The position numbers and the translations under genes are program-made. From NCBI RefSeq assembly GCF_050739775.1, contig NZ_JBOICA010000004.1:28664-92663 (forward strand): 64,000 bases of DNA, read 5' to 3'. The notes under the pieces were generated by a model. It ran no database searches and was not told where the DNA came from. It was given only the letters and a program-made list of their open reading frames with translations. Positions 9,985-19,682 of this stretch are shown one piece after another (position 1 is the first letter of the stretch; each line of letters opens with the position of its first letter). Origin of the DNA: Pseudomonas sp. Its GTDB lineage: Bacteria > Pseudomonadota > Gammaproteobacteria > Pseudomonadales > Pseudomonadaceae.

Positions 9985-10701
9985 TCAGGCCGCCACGCTG
10001 GCGGTAAACAGGTAACCGGCGCCGTGAATGGTGATGATCAGCTGCGGTTCGGCCGGATCATCGTGCAGCTTGCGCCGCAGGCGACCGACCAGGACGTCGA
10101 TGGAGCGGTCGTTGGGCACCCATTCACGGTTGCGGATCTGGTCCATCAACTGGTCGCGACTGAGGGTGTGGCCACTGTTGCGCAGGAACACACTGAGCAG
10201 CTGGAACTCTCCGTGGGTCAGCAGGGTTTCGCCGCCCTGCGGATCGATCAGGCGCCGGCGGTCGGTGTCCAGCGCCCAGTCGGCGAACTGCTTGAGGGCC
10301 TGGGTGCTGGCCGCTGGCGGCTTCGAGGCCTGGGCATGACGCACGCGGCGGATCAGGTTCTTGGCCCGCGACACCAGCTCGCGGGGATTGAGGGGTTTGA
10401 TCACATAGTCGTCGGCACCACATTCCAGGCCGACGATACGGTCGATGTCGTCGTTGCGGCCGGTGATGAGGATGATGCCGACTTCCGAGCGTACCCGCAG
10501 CTCGCGGGTCAGGGTCAGGCCGTCCTTGCCCGGCAGGCGGATGTCGAGCATCACCAGGTCGACGCTGTGGCTGGCCAGGAAACTCTCGGCCTGCTCGGCG
10601 GTGTCGGCGCAGTGGACGTCGTAGCCTTCCTGGGACAGGTAGGCGTGCAGCAAGTCGCGAATAAGCGGATCGTCGTCGACGATCAGTACCCGAGGCGTCA
10701 T
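9985..10701 (-). CDS. aruR: OmpR-family response regulator (TorR/ArcA-like), AruR-like
   Basis: VLIVDDD, MLDIRLPG, GADDYVIKP; winged-helix end RSIDVLVGRLRRKL...TIHGAGY. Confidence 0.75.
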   Translation of the reverse strand: MTPRVLIVDDDPLIRDLLHAYLSQEGYDVHCADTAEQAESFLASHSVDLVMLDIRLPGKDGLTLTRELRVRSEVGIILITGRNDDIDRIVGLECGADDYVIKPLNPRELVSRAKNLIRRVRHAQASKPPAASTQALKQFADWALDTDRRRLIDPQGGETLLTHGEFQLLSVFLRNSGHTLSRDQLMDQIRNREWVPNDRSIDVLVGRLRRKLHDDPAEPQLIITIHGAGYLFTASVAA

Positions 10702-10770
10702 TGCGTGTTGTCTCTTATAGTCGTTGTTATGTAACTCGCGACAGCAGCCTACCCATTACTGAACGACCGA

Positions 10771-11415
10771 TCAACAGCCCTCGGTCAGGGTAAAGCGCCG
10801 CCGTCCACCGGCTTGCAGGCCATCGACCCAGGCCTCACAGATCTGCACGCCCTGCTCGGGCGTAAAGGTGCCGGGGTTGAGCCCGGACTCCAGCCACAGG
10901 CCGTCGAGCAAGGCACTGAGGCTGATGGCCGCCAGATCGGCATCGAAGGCCTGCCAGCCCTCCTCCCGGGCCAGATCGCTCAGCAGGCGGCCCAGTTCAT
11001 TGCGGTACTCACCGTAGGAATGATCGTGCACCTGGTTGATCGCTTCGGCGGTCTTCACCGCGCCCCAGAATGCCAGCCAGGCATCGAGCAATTGCGGGTC
11101 AAGCAATTCAGCGCAGAACGAGGCGCGAAAAAACGCCGATAGCCGCTCGCGGGCATTGGGTGCGGCCTGGGCCATGGCCTCGCGGATCAGGCCCATGACC
11201 CGCCCGGTGACCGCCATGTAGGCTTCGGCCACCAGTTCGTCCTTGCCCGAATAGTGGTGACTGATCAGCCCCACCGAGACCCCGGCCTCGGCCGAGATCT
11301 TGCGAATCGAGGCGCCCTGGAAGCCGTGGCGCTTCAGACATACCAGCGTTGCTTCGACCAGGTTGGCCTTGCGCAACTCCGGGACCATACGGCTGTAACG
11401 GGCTTCCTGGGTCAT
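10771..11415 (-). CDS. TetR-family regulator (BetI-like)
   Basis: N-terminal HTH ASIRKISAEAGVSVGLISHHYSGKDEL; BetI-type C-terminus ALLDGLWL. Confidence 0.9.
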   Translation of the reverse strand: MTQEARYSRMVPELRKANLVEATLVCLKRHGFQGASIRKISAEAGVSVGLISHHYSGKDELVAEAYMAVTGRVMGLIREAMAQAAPNARERLSAFFRASFCAELLDPQLLDAWLAFWGAVKTAEAINQVHDHSYGEYRNELGRLLSDLAREEGWQAFDADLAAISLSALLDGLWLESGLNPGTFTPEQGVQICEAWVDGLQAGGRRRFTLTEGC

Positions 11416-11440
11416 AGGCGCTTCTCATGGCGTGAGGGAT

Positions 11441-11464
11441 CTTGTTGAACAACTGTACAACAAG
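11441..11464. promoter_or_regulatory. Palindromic candidate TetR autoregulatory operator
   Basis: CTTGTTG-AACAACTGTA-CAACAAG, 7-bp perfect arms, 25 bp upstream of the tetR start. Confidence 0.65.
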
Positions 11465-11470
11465 TCTTGC

Positions 11471-12232
11471 TCAGTCGCGATAATCCGGCGCCACTCGCTG
11501 TACCAAACGCAGCAACGCCGCCCATGCCAGCTGCATACCGTCCGGGTCGCTCAGCTCGCCCTCCTTCAACGCCCGCGCCGGTTCGTTGAACTGCCGCTCG
11601 GTATGGGCGCAGACCGCATCAGGCGGCAGCACAATCTCGCCGGCCGCTTGCGCCGCCAGCTGGATTTCGCAGGCTTTCTCCAGGTAATACATACGCAGGA
11701 AGGCCTGGCTGACGCTCTCACCCACGGTCAGCAAGCCATGGTTACGCAGCATCAGCACCGGCTTGTCGCCCAGGTCAGCAACCAGGCGCTGCTGCTCGTC
11801 CATGTCCAGGGCCACGCCTTCGTAGTCGTGGTAGGCAACCTTGCCGTAGAACTCCATGGAGATCTGGTTGACCGGCAGCAACCCGCACTTGAGCGCAGCC
11901 ACCGCGCAACCGGCCTTGGTATGGGTGTGCAACACGCACTGGGCATCTTCACGGGCGCCGTGAATGGCACTGTGGATCACGAACCCTGCGGGGTTGACCG
12001 GGTATGGCGAAGGCTCCACGGCATTACCTTGCAGGTCGATCTTGACCAGCCTGGAGGCAGTGATTTCATCGAACATCAAACCGTAGGGATTGATCAGAAA
12101 GTGATGCTCGGGGCCGGGAATGCGCACCGAGATATGGGTGAAGATCAGATCGGTCATGCGAAAGTGCGCGATCAGCCGGTAGCAGGCCGCCAGTTCCTGG
12201 CGCAGGCGCAGTTCACTTTCAGTCGGATTCAT
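11471..12232 (-). CDS. Class II aldolase/adducin family protein
   Basis: Start trimmed to MNPTESEL; THISVR, FVIHSAIH, VLHTHT, LRNHG metal ligands. Confidence 0.9.
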   Translation of the reverse strand: MNPTESELRLRQELAACYRLIAHFRMTDLIFTHISVRIPGPEHHFLINPYGLMFDEITASRLVKIDLQGNAVEPSPYPVNPAGFVIHSAIHGAREDAQCVLHTHTKAGCAVAALKCGLLPVNQISMEFYGKVAYHDYEGVALDMDEQQRLVADLGDKPVLMLRNHGLLTVGESVSQAFLRMYYLEKACEIQLAAQAAGEIVLPPDAVCAHTERQFNEPARALKEGELSDPDGMQLAWAALLRLVQRVAPDYRD

Positions 12233-12304
12233 TGTTGTTGTTCTCAGACAAATGGCTGGCCAGACAATAGGGCTGGACACCTGGCGGTGTCCAGCCACCG
12301 GGGA

Positions 12305-13342
12305 TTACTTGCTGGCCCAGGCATTGAAGCGCTCTTCGAGCTCATCGCCGTGATCGACCCAGAACTCGACGTTCATCGCCAAGGCGCCTTGCAGATTCTG
12401 CTTGGAGGTCGGCACCCAACTGGCCAGCTTCGGATCGAGCTTGGCGGCAGCCTCGGTGTTGGTCGGCCCGTAGGGGATCGCATTGACGTAGCGCACCTGA
12501 GTGTCGGGCTGGTTGGCGAAGGCGATCAGGCGCTTGGCCTGGTCGACGTGCCTGGAGCCCTTGATGATCGCCCAGTAGTCCATGCCATACAGGCTGCCCG
12601 GCCAGACCACGGCCAATGAACTGCCCTCCTGCGCGGCGACAGCGATCCGACCGCTGTAGGTCGAGGTCATCACCACGTCGCCGGCGCTGAGCCATTGCGC
12701 CGGTTGCGCACCGGCTTCCCACCACTGGATGTAAGGCTTAAGCTCGGTGAGTTTGGCAAAGGCCCGGTCGACCCCCTGTGGGGTCGCCAGCACCTTGTAG
12801 ACGTCCTCGACCTTGACGCCGTCAGCCATCAGGGCGAATTCCAGATTGTACACCGCGCGCTTGCGCAGCCCACGCTTGCCGGGGATCTTCTGCACATCCC
12901 AGAAATCAGCCCATGACACCGGCACCTGGGCCAGTTTGTTACGGTCGTAGGCAATCGCCACGCTCCACACCAGCACCGCTGAACCACACTCCTGAGCGGC
13001 ATCGGGGATCAATTGCTCGGCGCGGCCGAGCTGGGTCCAGTCGAGGCGTTCGTACATGCCCTCATCACAGCCGCGCATCAAGTCCGGGGCCTCGATCATG
13101 ACCAGGTCCCAGTCGACGTTGCCGGTGTCGGCCATCACCTTGATCCGGGCCATTTCACCGTTGTATTCACTCTGGATCAGTTTGCTGCCGTCCTGGGCGC
13201 TGAAAGGCTGGAAAATCGCCGCATCCTGGGCTTTCTGACCAGCGCCGCCATAGGCGACGACGACCATGTCCGGTGCGGCCTGGGCGCTGCCAAGTCCAAG
13301 GGCGAGCAGCCAGGGAGAAAGTTTGAGCAGGGTTGAAGTCAT
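12305..13342 (-). CDS. Polyamine/opine-type ABC substrate-binding protein (PotD/PotF-like)
   Basis: Signal peptide; YGGAGQ, SWADFWD..PGKRGL, LEFALMADG. No adjacent permease or ATPase genes. Confidence 0.88.
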   Translation of the reverse strand: MTSTLLKLSPWLLALGLGSAQAAPDMVVVAYGGAGQKAQDAAIFQPFSAQDGSKLIQSEYNGEMARIKVMADTGNVDWDLVMIEAPDLMRGCDEGMYERLDWTQLGRAEQLIPDAAQECGSAVLVWSVAIAYDRNKLAQVPVSWADFWDVQKIPGKRGLRKRAVYNLEFALMADGVKVEDVYKVLATPQGVDRAFAKLTELKPYIQWWEAGAQPAQWLSAGDVVMTSTYSGRIAVAAQEGSSLAVVWPGSLYGMDYWAIIKGSRHVDQAKRLIAFANQPDTQVRYVNAIPYGPTNTEAAAKLDPKLASWVPTSKQNLQGALAMNVEFWVDHGDELEERFNAWASK

Positions 13343-13442
13343 GCGTGGTTCCTCATGCTGGTACCGCGCCAGGCGCGGTCCGTTTTCTTGTTGTTGTGAG
13401 GTGTGCCCCAGGACTCGGGGTGAATCGAAAACTAGTCAATGC

Positions 13443-13473
13443 CAAGTAAAAAAACAAGTTGATTTTTTACTTG
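13443..13473. promoter_or_regulatory. Perfect 11-bp inverted repeat in the divergent SBP/oxidoreductase promoter; candidate XRE-cupin operator
   Basis: CAAGTAAAAAA-N9-TTTTTTACTTG. Confidence 0.6.
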
Positions 13474-13526
13474 CAGTACACTTCTATAGAAAAATAAAAA
13501 CAACATCCCGCTGGAGCCTGCACCGC

Positions 13527-15476
13527 ATGTCGACCTTCACGCATCTGTTCGAACCGCTGCAAATCCGTGGCAAACGCCTGAAGAACCGCATCATGTCCAG
13601 CGGACACGATACCTCGATCCCCACCGACAACCTGGTCAACGACCGCCTGATTGCCTACCACAAAGCCCGCGCCGAAGGCGGCGTCGGCCTGATCGTGCTG
13701 CAGGTGGCCGGAGTGCACGACAGTGCGCGCTACACCTCGCATGTGCTGATGGCCACCGACGATGCCTGCATCGAGGGTTACCGCCAACTGGCTGAAACCT
13801 GCCATGCCCATGGCACGGTGGTGCTGTCGCAGATCTTTCACCCCGGCCGGGAAATCATGGAGTCCAGCGACGGCCTGCTGGCGGTGGCCTATTCGGCGTC
13901 GGCGGTGCCCAACGAACGTTTCCGGGTGATGCCGCGGGCCCTGGACCAAGCGATGATCGACGCAATCGTACAAGGCTATGCCGATGCCGCCCGGCGCCTG
14001 TATCAGGCCGGGCTCGATGGCGTCGAGGTGGTCGCCAGCCACGGGTACCTGCCGGCGCAGTTCATCAACCCACGGGTCAACCGCCGCACCGATGGCTACA
14101 ACGGCGGGCTGGAGCAGCGCTTGCGCTTTGTGCGTCAAGTGATTGCTGCGGTGCGTGCCGCCACCTCGCCAGACTTTATTGTCGGCCTGCGCATCAGCGC
14201 CGACGAGCGCGATGCCGAAGGCCTTACCGAGGACGAATCCCTGGCTGCGGTACAGGTCCTGCAAGAGGCGCTGGACTATGTACATATCGTCGCCGGCACC
14301 TCGGCCTCCCTCGGCGGCGCGGTGCATATCGTCCCGCCCATGGCCATCGAGGCGGCGTACCTGGCGCGCGAGGCCGGCACCTTCAAGGCCAGCCTGTCGA
14401 TTCCGCTGTTCGTCACCGGGCGCATCAACCAGCCCCAGGAAGCCGAACTGATCCTTGCCCGTGGCCAGGCCGATGTCTGCGGCATGACCCGCGCGCTGAT
14501 CTGCGACCCGCAGATGCCGAACAAGACCGACAGCGGCCATGCCGAGGATGTGCGCGCCTGCATCGCCTGCAACCAGGCCTGTATCGGCCACTTCCATCGC
14601 GGCCTGCCGATCTCCTGCATCCAGCACCCGGAGACCGGACGTGAACAACAATTCGGTCAGTTGCAGCAAGCGCCACAGCGCAAGCGCATCATGGTCGCCG
14701 GTGGCGGCCCGGCCGGCATGAAAGCAGCTGCGGTGGCTGCGGCACGTGGGCATGAGGTCACCCTGTACGAGGCCAGCGCGCAACTGGGCGGTCAGGTGCT
14801 GCTGGCGCAATTGCTGCCGCGCCGTGCCGAGTTCGGCGGAGCGAGCACCAACCTGCAACGCGAAATGCAGCTGGCCGGAGTCGAGGTGGTGCGTAACACC
14901 CGGGTCGATCGCGCCCTGGTGGAACGTGAACAACCTGACCTGGTTATCGTTGCCACCGGTGCCGAACCTTACTGGCCGGCCTTCGAGCGCGCAGGTGATC
15001 TGCAGGTCGTCGATGCCTGGCAGGTGCTGCGCGATGAGGTCACTCTGGGGCGCTCGGTACTGGTGGTGGACTGGCGCTGCGACTGGAACGGCCCGGGTAT
15101 CGCCGAACGCCTGGTCCGCGCCGGGCACCAGGTGCAGTTGGCAGTCAATGGCACCCACTGCGGCGAAAGCCTGCCGTTGTACGTGCGCGACCAGATGGCC
15201 GGTGAGCTGCATAAGCTCGGTATTCCCATCACCCCCTATGCCCGCCTCTACGGCTGCGATGACAACACCGTGTACCTGCAACACACCGCCAGCGGCGAGC
15301 CGATGATCTTCGAAAACATCGACACCCTGGTGTTGTGCCAGGGTCATCAACCGGTCGATACCCTGGTGGACGAGCTCAACGGCCTGGTGCAAGTGCAACG
15401 GATCGGCGATTGCCTGGCCCCACGTACTGCCGAAGAGGCCATTTACGAAGGATTGAAGGTCGCCTGGACGCTCTGA
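13527..15476 (+). CDS. NADH:flavin oxidoreductase (old yellow enzyme barrel, 4Fe-4S, FAD domain; FadH/TMADH/StcD-like)
   Basis: Start trimmed to MSTFTHLFEPL; SHGYL, NRRTDGYNG, CIACNQAC...C, GGGPAG. Confidence 0.9.
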   Translation: MSTFTHLFEPLQIRGKRLKNRIMSSGHDTSIPTDNLVNDRLIAYHKARAEGGVGLIVLQVAGVHDSARYTSHVLMATDDACIEGYRQLAETCHAHGTVVLSQIFHPGREIMESSDGLLAVAYSASAVPNERFRVMPRALDQAMIDAIVQGYADAARRLYQAGLDGVEVVASHGYLPAQFINPRVNRRTDGYNGGLEQRLRFVRQVIAAVRAATSPDFIVGLRISADERDAEGLTEDESLAAVQVLQEALDYVHIVAGTSASLGGAVHIVPPMAIEAAYLAREAGTFKASLSIPLFVTGRINQPQEAELILARGQADVCGMTRALICDPQMPNKTDSGHAEDVRACIACNQACIGHFHRGLPISCIQHPETGREQQFGQLQQAPQRKRIMVAGGGPAGMKAAAVAAARGHEVTLYEASAQLGGQVLLAQLLPRRAEFGGASTNLQREMQLAGVEVVRNTRVDRALVEREQPDLVIVATGAEPYWPAFERAGDLQVVDAWQVLRDEVTLGRSVLVVDWRCDWNGPGIAERLVRAGHQVQLAVNGTHCGESLPLYVRDQMAGELHKLGIPITPYARLYGCDDNTVYLQHTASGEPMIFENIDTLVLCQGHQPVDTLVDELNGLVQVQRIGDCLAPRTAEEAIYEGLKVAWTL

Positions 15477-15523
15477 GCCTGTTTATACTCCGGGGCTTTG
15501 CAGCGTGCGGTCCGGAGCACCCC

Positions 15524-16138
15524 ATGAGCAACAGCAGCAAGATGCCGCCCGCCGGCGCCGTTCCCAGCCAGGAAGGCGCCGCCGCCCCGCAGTTTCTCGG
15601 CACGCGCATTCGTGGCCTGCGTAAACGCAGGGGCATGACCCTGGCCGAGCTGGCCCGGCAGAGCGAATTGACCGCCGGCTACATCAGCCAGCTGGAACGC
15701 AACCTGTCCTACCCGTCGATTCCGGCGCTGTTCAACATCGCCCGCAGCCTGGGCGTGACCATCCAGTGGTTCTTCGCCAGCGAAGCCAGCACCGCCCCTG
15801 AAGACAACGGCTACGTGGTGCGCAAGAGCAGCCGCCTGAGCGTTCATTACGAAGATGGCATCGTTGACCAGTTGCTGACCCCGCAGCCTAACCGTGAGCT
15901 GGAGATGCTCCACTCGCGCTTCCCGCCTGGCACCTACAGCCAGCAAAGTTACAGCCATGAAGGCGAAGAAGCCGGTTACCTGCTGTCAGGCAGTTTCGAG
16001 CTATGGGTGGGCGATCGCTACTTTCAGCTCAACGAAGGCGACAGCTTCAGCTTTTCCAGCCAGGAACCGCACCGCTACGGTAACCCTGGCGAAGTCGATG
16101 CCGTGGTCATCTGGGTGATCACGCCACCGACCTTCTGA
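15524..16138 (+). CDS. XRE HTH-cupin regulator (PuuR/PauR-like)
   Basis: Start at MSNSSK; LGTRIRGLRKRRGMTLAELA...SQLERN; cupin HEGEEAGY. Confidence 0.9.
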   Translation: MSNSSKMPPAGAVPSQEGAAAPQFLGTRIRGLRKRRGMTLAELARQSELTAGYISQLERNLSYPSIPALFNIARSLGVTIQWFFASEASTAPEDNGYVVRKSSRLSVHYEDGIVDQLLTPQPNRELEMLHSRFPPGTYSQQSYSHEGEEAGYLLSGSFELWVGDRYFQLNEGDSFSFSSQEPHRYGNPGEVDAVVIWVITPPTF

Positions 16139-16168
16139 CCCCTACGACAAAAACAATAAAGGCTTGCC

Positions 16169-16915
16169 ATGAACGACCTGATTATTCGTGACCTGAACAA
16201 CGGCCTGTTGACCCTGACATTCAACCGGCCAGACAAGCTCAACGCCTTGAACAGTGCCATGTACAGCCAGCTGGGCGACCTGTTGCTGGCGGCGAGCGAT
16301 GACCCGCAGGTCGAGGTTCTCGTCATCACCGGCGGCGCCCAATGCTTCAGCGCTGGCAACGACCTGAAGGATTTTCTCGACCACCCGCCCAGCGACATGG
16401 ACAGCCCGGTGTTTCGCCTGATGCGCATTGTCATGGCACTGGACAAGCCACTGATTGCCGCGGTCTCCGGTGCCGCTATAGGTATCGGCACGACCCTGCT
16501 GCTGCACTGCGATCAAGTGTTGGTCAGTCGCACGGCGAAACTGCGCATGCCTTTCGTGCCCCTGGGCCTGTGCCCGGAGTTCGGCTCCAGCCTGCTGCTG
16601 CCGCGCTTGCTGGGGCACGCCCGAGCTGCCCGACTGCTGCTGTGCAATGAACTGCTTACGGGTGAACAAGCGCTGCAATGGGGTTTGGCCAACGAGTTGC
16701 ACGACGACGGTGAACAATGTCTGAGCGCCGCCCGGCAATTGGCGCAGCGCCTGCAAAGCCTGCCGCAGGAAGCACTGCGCGTCAGCAAACGGTTACTCAA
16801 GGATGCCCACCGGGAAGAGCTGGAAGCCACTGTTCGCCGTGAAGGCCTGCTGTTTATCGAACGCCTGCACACCCCGCAAGCGAAAGCGGCATTACGGGCA
16901 TTGGTCAAGGATTGA
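16169..16915 (+). CDS. Enoyl-CoA hydratase/isomerase family protein
   Basis: FNRPDKLNAL, FSAGNDL, AVSGAAIGIG. Confidence 0.9.
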   Translation: MNDLIIRDLNNGLLTLTFNRPDKLNALNSAMYSQLGDLLLAASDDPQVEVLVITGGAQCFSAGNDLKDFLDHPPSDMDSPVFRLMRIVMALDKPLIAAVSGAAIGIGTTLLLHCDQVLVSRTAKLRMPFVPLGLCPEFGSSLLLPRLLGHARAARLLLCNELLTGEQALQWGLANELHDDGEQCLSAARQLAQRLQSLPQEALRVSKRLLKDAHREELEATVRREGLLFIERLHTPQAKAALRALVKD

Positions 16916-17083
16916 CGCCCTGGGACGGCCAGGTTGTTTTTAGCGAAAGTCTGTGCATTGCGTTTTCGTCTACTGGTCCGGGTCAGTGAGTTGTGCACGA
17001 ACAAAATTTGTCGTGCTGCACTGGCCAAGCACCAACCAACTGCTAGCGTTGCTAGCAAGCCAACTGCCGAGTGTCCAGCTGAT

Positions 17084-17761
17084 ATGAACCCAACCCTGCG
17101 CTCTACCCTGCTTTGCGCCACACTCATTGCCTTGGCCGGTTGCGCCAGCTCCCGCGTCGACCCGAGCCAGTACTCCGGTTTTCTCAAGGACTACAGCCGC
17201 CTGAAGGAGGCCGAAAGTATCTCCGGTGCACCGGTAATGCGCTGGATCGACCCCAACCTCAAGACTGCCCGCTACACCCAGGCGTACATCGAACCGAGTC
17301 AGTTCTACCCCAAACCGCAGCCCACGGAAGTGATCTCGACGCAAACGCTGCAAGAAATCACCCGCTACTACGATACGGCACTCAAGCGCGAGTTGGGCGC
17401 TGTAGTACCACTGGCCACAGGTCCGGGCCCGAATGTGCTGGTGGTGCGCCCGGCAATTACCGCAGTCGCCACTCACACTGAAGGACTCAAGCCTTATGAA
17501 GTGATCCCGATCGCCCTGGTGGTGGCGGCCGTCAGCACCGCCGCCGGTGGTCGTGACCAGGATGTCGACATCGCCACCGAAGCTGCATTTCTCGACGGCG
17601 GCAACAACGCGGTGCTGGCCCAGGTGGTGCGCAAAGGCGCTGGCAAGGCGCTTGAGAACAAAACCACCCAGCTGACCGTGCAGGACGTAAAACCGGTGCT
17701 CGACGGCTGGGCCTCGGACATGCGCCGCAGCTTCGTCAAGCTCAAGAGCGAGTCGCGTTAG
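17084..17761 (+). CDS. DUF3313-like lipoprotein (YdcL-like)
   Basis: Start at MNPTLRS; lipobox LAGC; [11 protein letters not shown]. Confidence 0.8.
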   Translation: MNPTLRSTLLCATLIALAGCASSRVDPSQYSGFLKDYSRLKEAESISGAPVMRWIDPNLKTARYTQAYIEPSQFYPKPQPTEVISTQTLQEITRYYDTALKRELGAVVPLATGPGPNVLVVRPAITAVATHTEGLKPYEVIPIALVVAAVSTAAGGRDQDVDIATEAAFLDGGNNAVLAQVVRKGAGKALENKTTQLTVQDVKPVLDGWASDMRRSFVKLKSESR

Positions 17762-18165
17762 GCGCTCAACTGACTGTCGATGACAATGCTGCCGCTGAGC
17801 AGCTTGTGCACCGGACAGGCATTGGCCACACCCAGCAGGCGCTCACGCTGGGCCGCATCGAGATCACCGTGCAGTTTGATGACACGCTTGATCTCGGTGC
17901 GCATGGGCGTGGTTTTCTCTTCCTTGATAATGTCCAACTGCACATCAACATGCTGCAGCGGCCATTCTTTGCGCCGGGCATACATCGACAAGGTGATAGC
18001 GGTGCATGCTCCCAGGGCCGAGAGCAACAGCTGATGAGGATTGGGGCCAGCGTCGCGGCCACCGAGCGCCTGGTTTTCATCGGCCAGCCACTGGTTCGCA
18101 CCAGCGCACAGGTTGACGGTATAAGGGATCTCACCCAGCTTGGCGTGGACAGTAGAATCGGTCAT
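17758..18165 (-). CDS. OsmC/YhfA family protein
   Basis: ADE...GG.DAGPNP..LL.ALGACT and ANACPVHK Cys pair. Start could be 18180. Confidence 0.85.
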   Translation of the reverse strand: MTDSTVHAKLGEIPYTVNLCAGANQWLADENQALGGRDAGPNPHQLLLSALGACTAITLSMYARRKEWPLQHVDVQLDIIKEEKTTPMRTEIKRVIKLHGDLDAAQRERLLGVANACPVHKLLSGSIVIDSQLSA

Positions 18166-18307
18166 CTGCGGGGCTTCCATTGCGCTGGCCAAGCCAAAAG
18201 GGCCTGGCGCGAGTGTGTTCACACTAGCGTCAGACCCTGCGCAGGGGAAGGCGCAATCACGGCCTGCAGTGTCCTGCATTTAGAACAACGGCGAAGCAAC
18301 CCGTGGT

Positions 18308-19606
18308 TCAGGCAAAGAAAGAATACAAAATCGCCGACAGGGTGATCAGGCCGATCAGCACCACAAAGACGTTGGACACCTTGCCCGAGTACTTGCGCAG
18401 CGACGGCACCTTGTGGATGGCGTACATCGGCATCAGGAACAGCAGGCACGCGATGATCGGCCCGCCGAGGTTCTCGATCATGCCCAGAATGCTCGGGTTG
18501 AGGGTGGCCACGGCCCAGCAGGTCAGCACCATGAACAGCGCGGTCAGTTGCTCCAGACGCTTGGCTGGCAGTTGCTTGCCGCGGCTGCGCAGGCTTTTCA
18601 CGATCATGCCCTGGAAGCCTTCGCTGGCACCGATGTAGTGGCCCAGGAATGACTTGGTGATCGCCACCAAGGCAATCAGCGGTGCGACGAAAGCAATGAC
18701 CGGTGTCTGGAAGTGGTTGGCCATGTACGACAGGATCGAGATGTTCTGTTGCTTGGCTGCCGCAAGATCTGCCGGGCTCAGGGCCAGCACGCAACTGAAG
18801 CAGAAGAACATGACCGTCAGCACCATCATCACGTGGGCACTGGCCAGGATCCGGTTGCTCTTCTGGTCGGCCTGCTCGCCGTAGCGGTGTTTCTGCTCAA
18901 CGGCGAAGGCCGAGATGATCGGCGAATGGTTGAACGAGAAGACCATCACCGGGATCGCCAGCCATAAGGTCTTGAAGAACAGGTCCAGCGGCATGCCTTG
19001 CGACGCTTGGGCGAAGAAGGCGCCATTCCAGTTGGGGATCAGGCTCAGGGCCAGCAACAGCAACGCGGCGACAAAGGGATAGACCAACAGGCTCATGACC
19101 TTGACGATGATGCCCTGGCCGCTGCGGACCACGATCATCAGACCGCAGATCAGCAGCAAGGCCAGCAGCGCCCGCGGTGGCGGGGTCATATGCAACTGGT
19201 GCTGCATGAAGCTGCCCAGGGTATTGGTCAGCGCTACGCTGTACACCAGCAGGATGGGGAAAATGGCCAGGAAGTACAGCAAGGTGATCAGCTTGCCAGC
19301 GCCGACGCCGAAGTGTTCTTCCACCACTTCAGTGATGTCTTCGCTGGCGCCACGCTTGCCGGACAGCACGAAGCGGGTCAGGCCACGGTGCGCGTAATAG
19401 GTCATCGGGAACGCCAACAGCGCCAGCACCAGCAGCGGCCAGAAGCCCCCTACCCCGGCATTGATTGGCAGGAACAGGGTGCCGGCGCCAATGGCGGTGC
19501 CGTACAGGCCCAGGACCCAGGTGGTGTCGTGACGGTTCCAGGTTTTGCTTTGCGCGGGCGCAGCCGTGCTCGCACCCAGGTGGGTGGTGGTGTTTACATC
19601 AGTCAT
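18308..19606 (-). CDS. sdaC: HAAAP serine/threonine transporter
   Basis: DTTWVLGLYGTAIGAGTLFLPI, FSFNHSPIIS, KSFLGHY; adjacent to serine dehydratase. Confidence 0.85.
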   Translation of the reverse strand: MTDVNTTTHLGASTAAPAQSKTWNRHDTTWVLGLYGTAIGAGTLFLPINAGVGGFWPLLVLALLAFPMTYYAHRGLTRFVLSGKRGASEDITEVVEEHFGVGAGKLITLLYFLAIFPILLVYSVALTNTLGSFMQHQLHMTPPPRALLALLLICGLMIVVRSGQGIIVKVMSLLVYPFVAALLLLALSLIPNWNGAFFAQASQGMPLDLFFKTLWLAIPVMVFSFNHSPIISAFAVEQKHRYGEQADQKSNRILASAHVMMVLTVMFFCFSCVLALSPADLAAAKQQNISILSYMANHFQTPVIAFVAPLIALVAITKSFLGHYIGASEGFQGMIVKSLRSRGKQLPAKRLEQLTALFMVLTCWAVATLNPSILGMIENLGGPIIACLLFLMPMYAIHKVPSLRKYSGKVSNVFVVLIGLITLSAILYSFFA

Positions 19607-19682
19607 CGATATTGCCTTGTAGTTGTTTTTGTTGCTTATGAATAACTTGGAACGGTGGTAGCAGCAGTGCAGTAAACCTTTG

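Noticed and set aside
13467-15398. Long antisense ORFs (also 22134-23840, 29217-30851, 42928-44232, 52702-54348 and many shorter ones)
   Set aside because: Each mirrors a well-supported gene on the other strand and has no recognisable motifs; expected from high-GC codon bias.
17041-17057. Palindrome TGCTAGC-GTT-GCTAGCA upstream of the DUF3313-like gene
   Set aside because: Single instance with no matching regulator or second site in the window.
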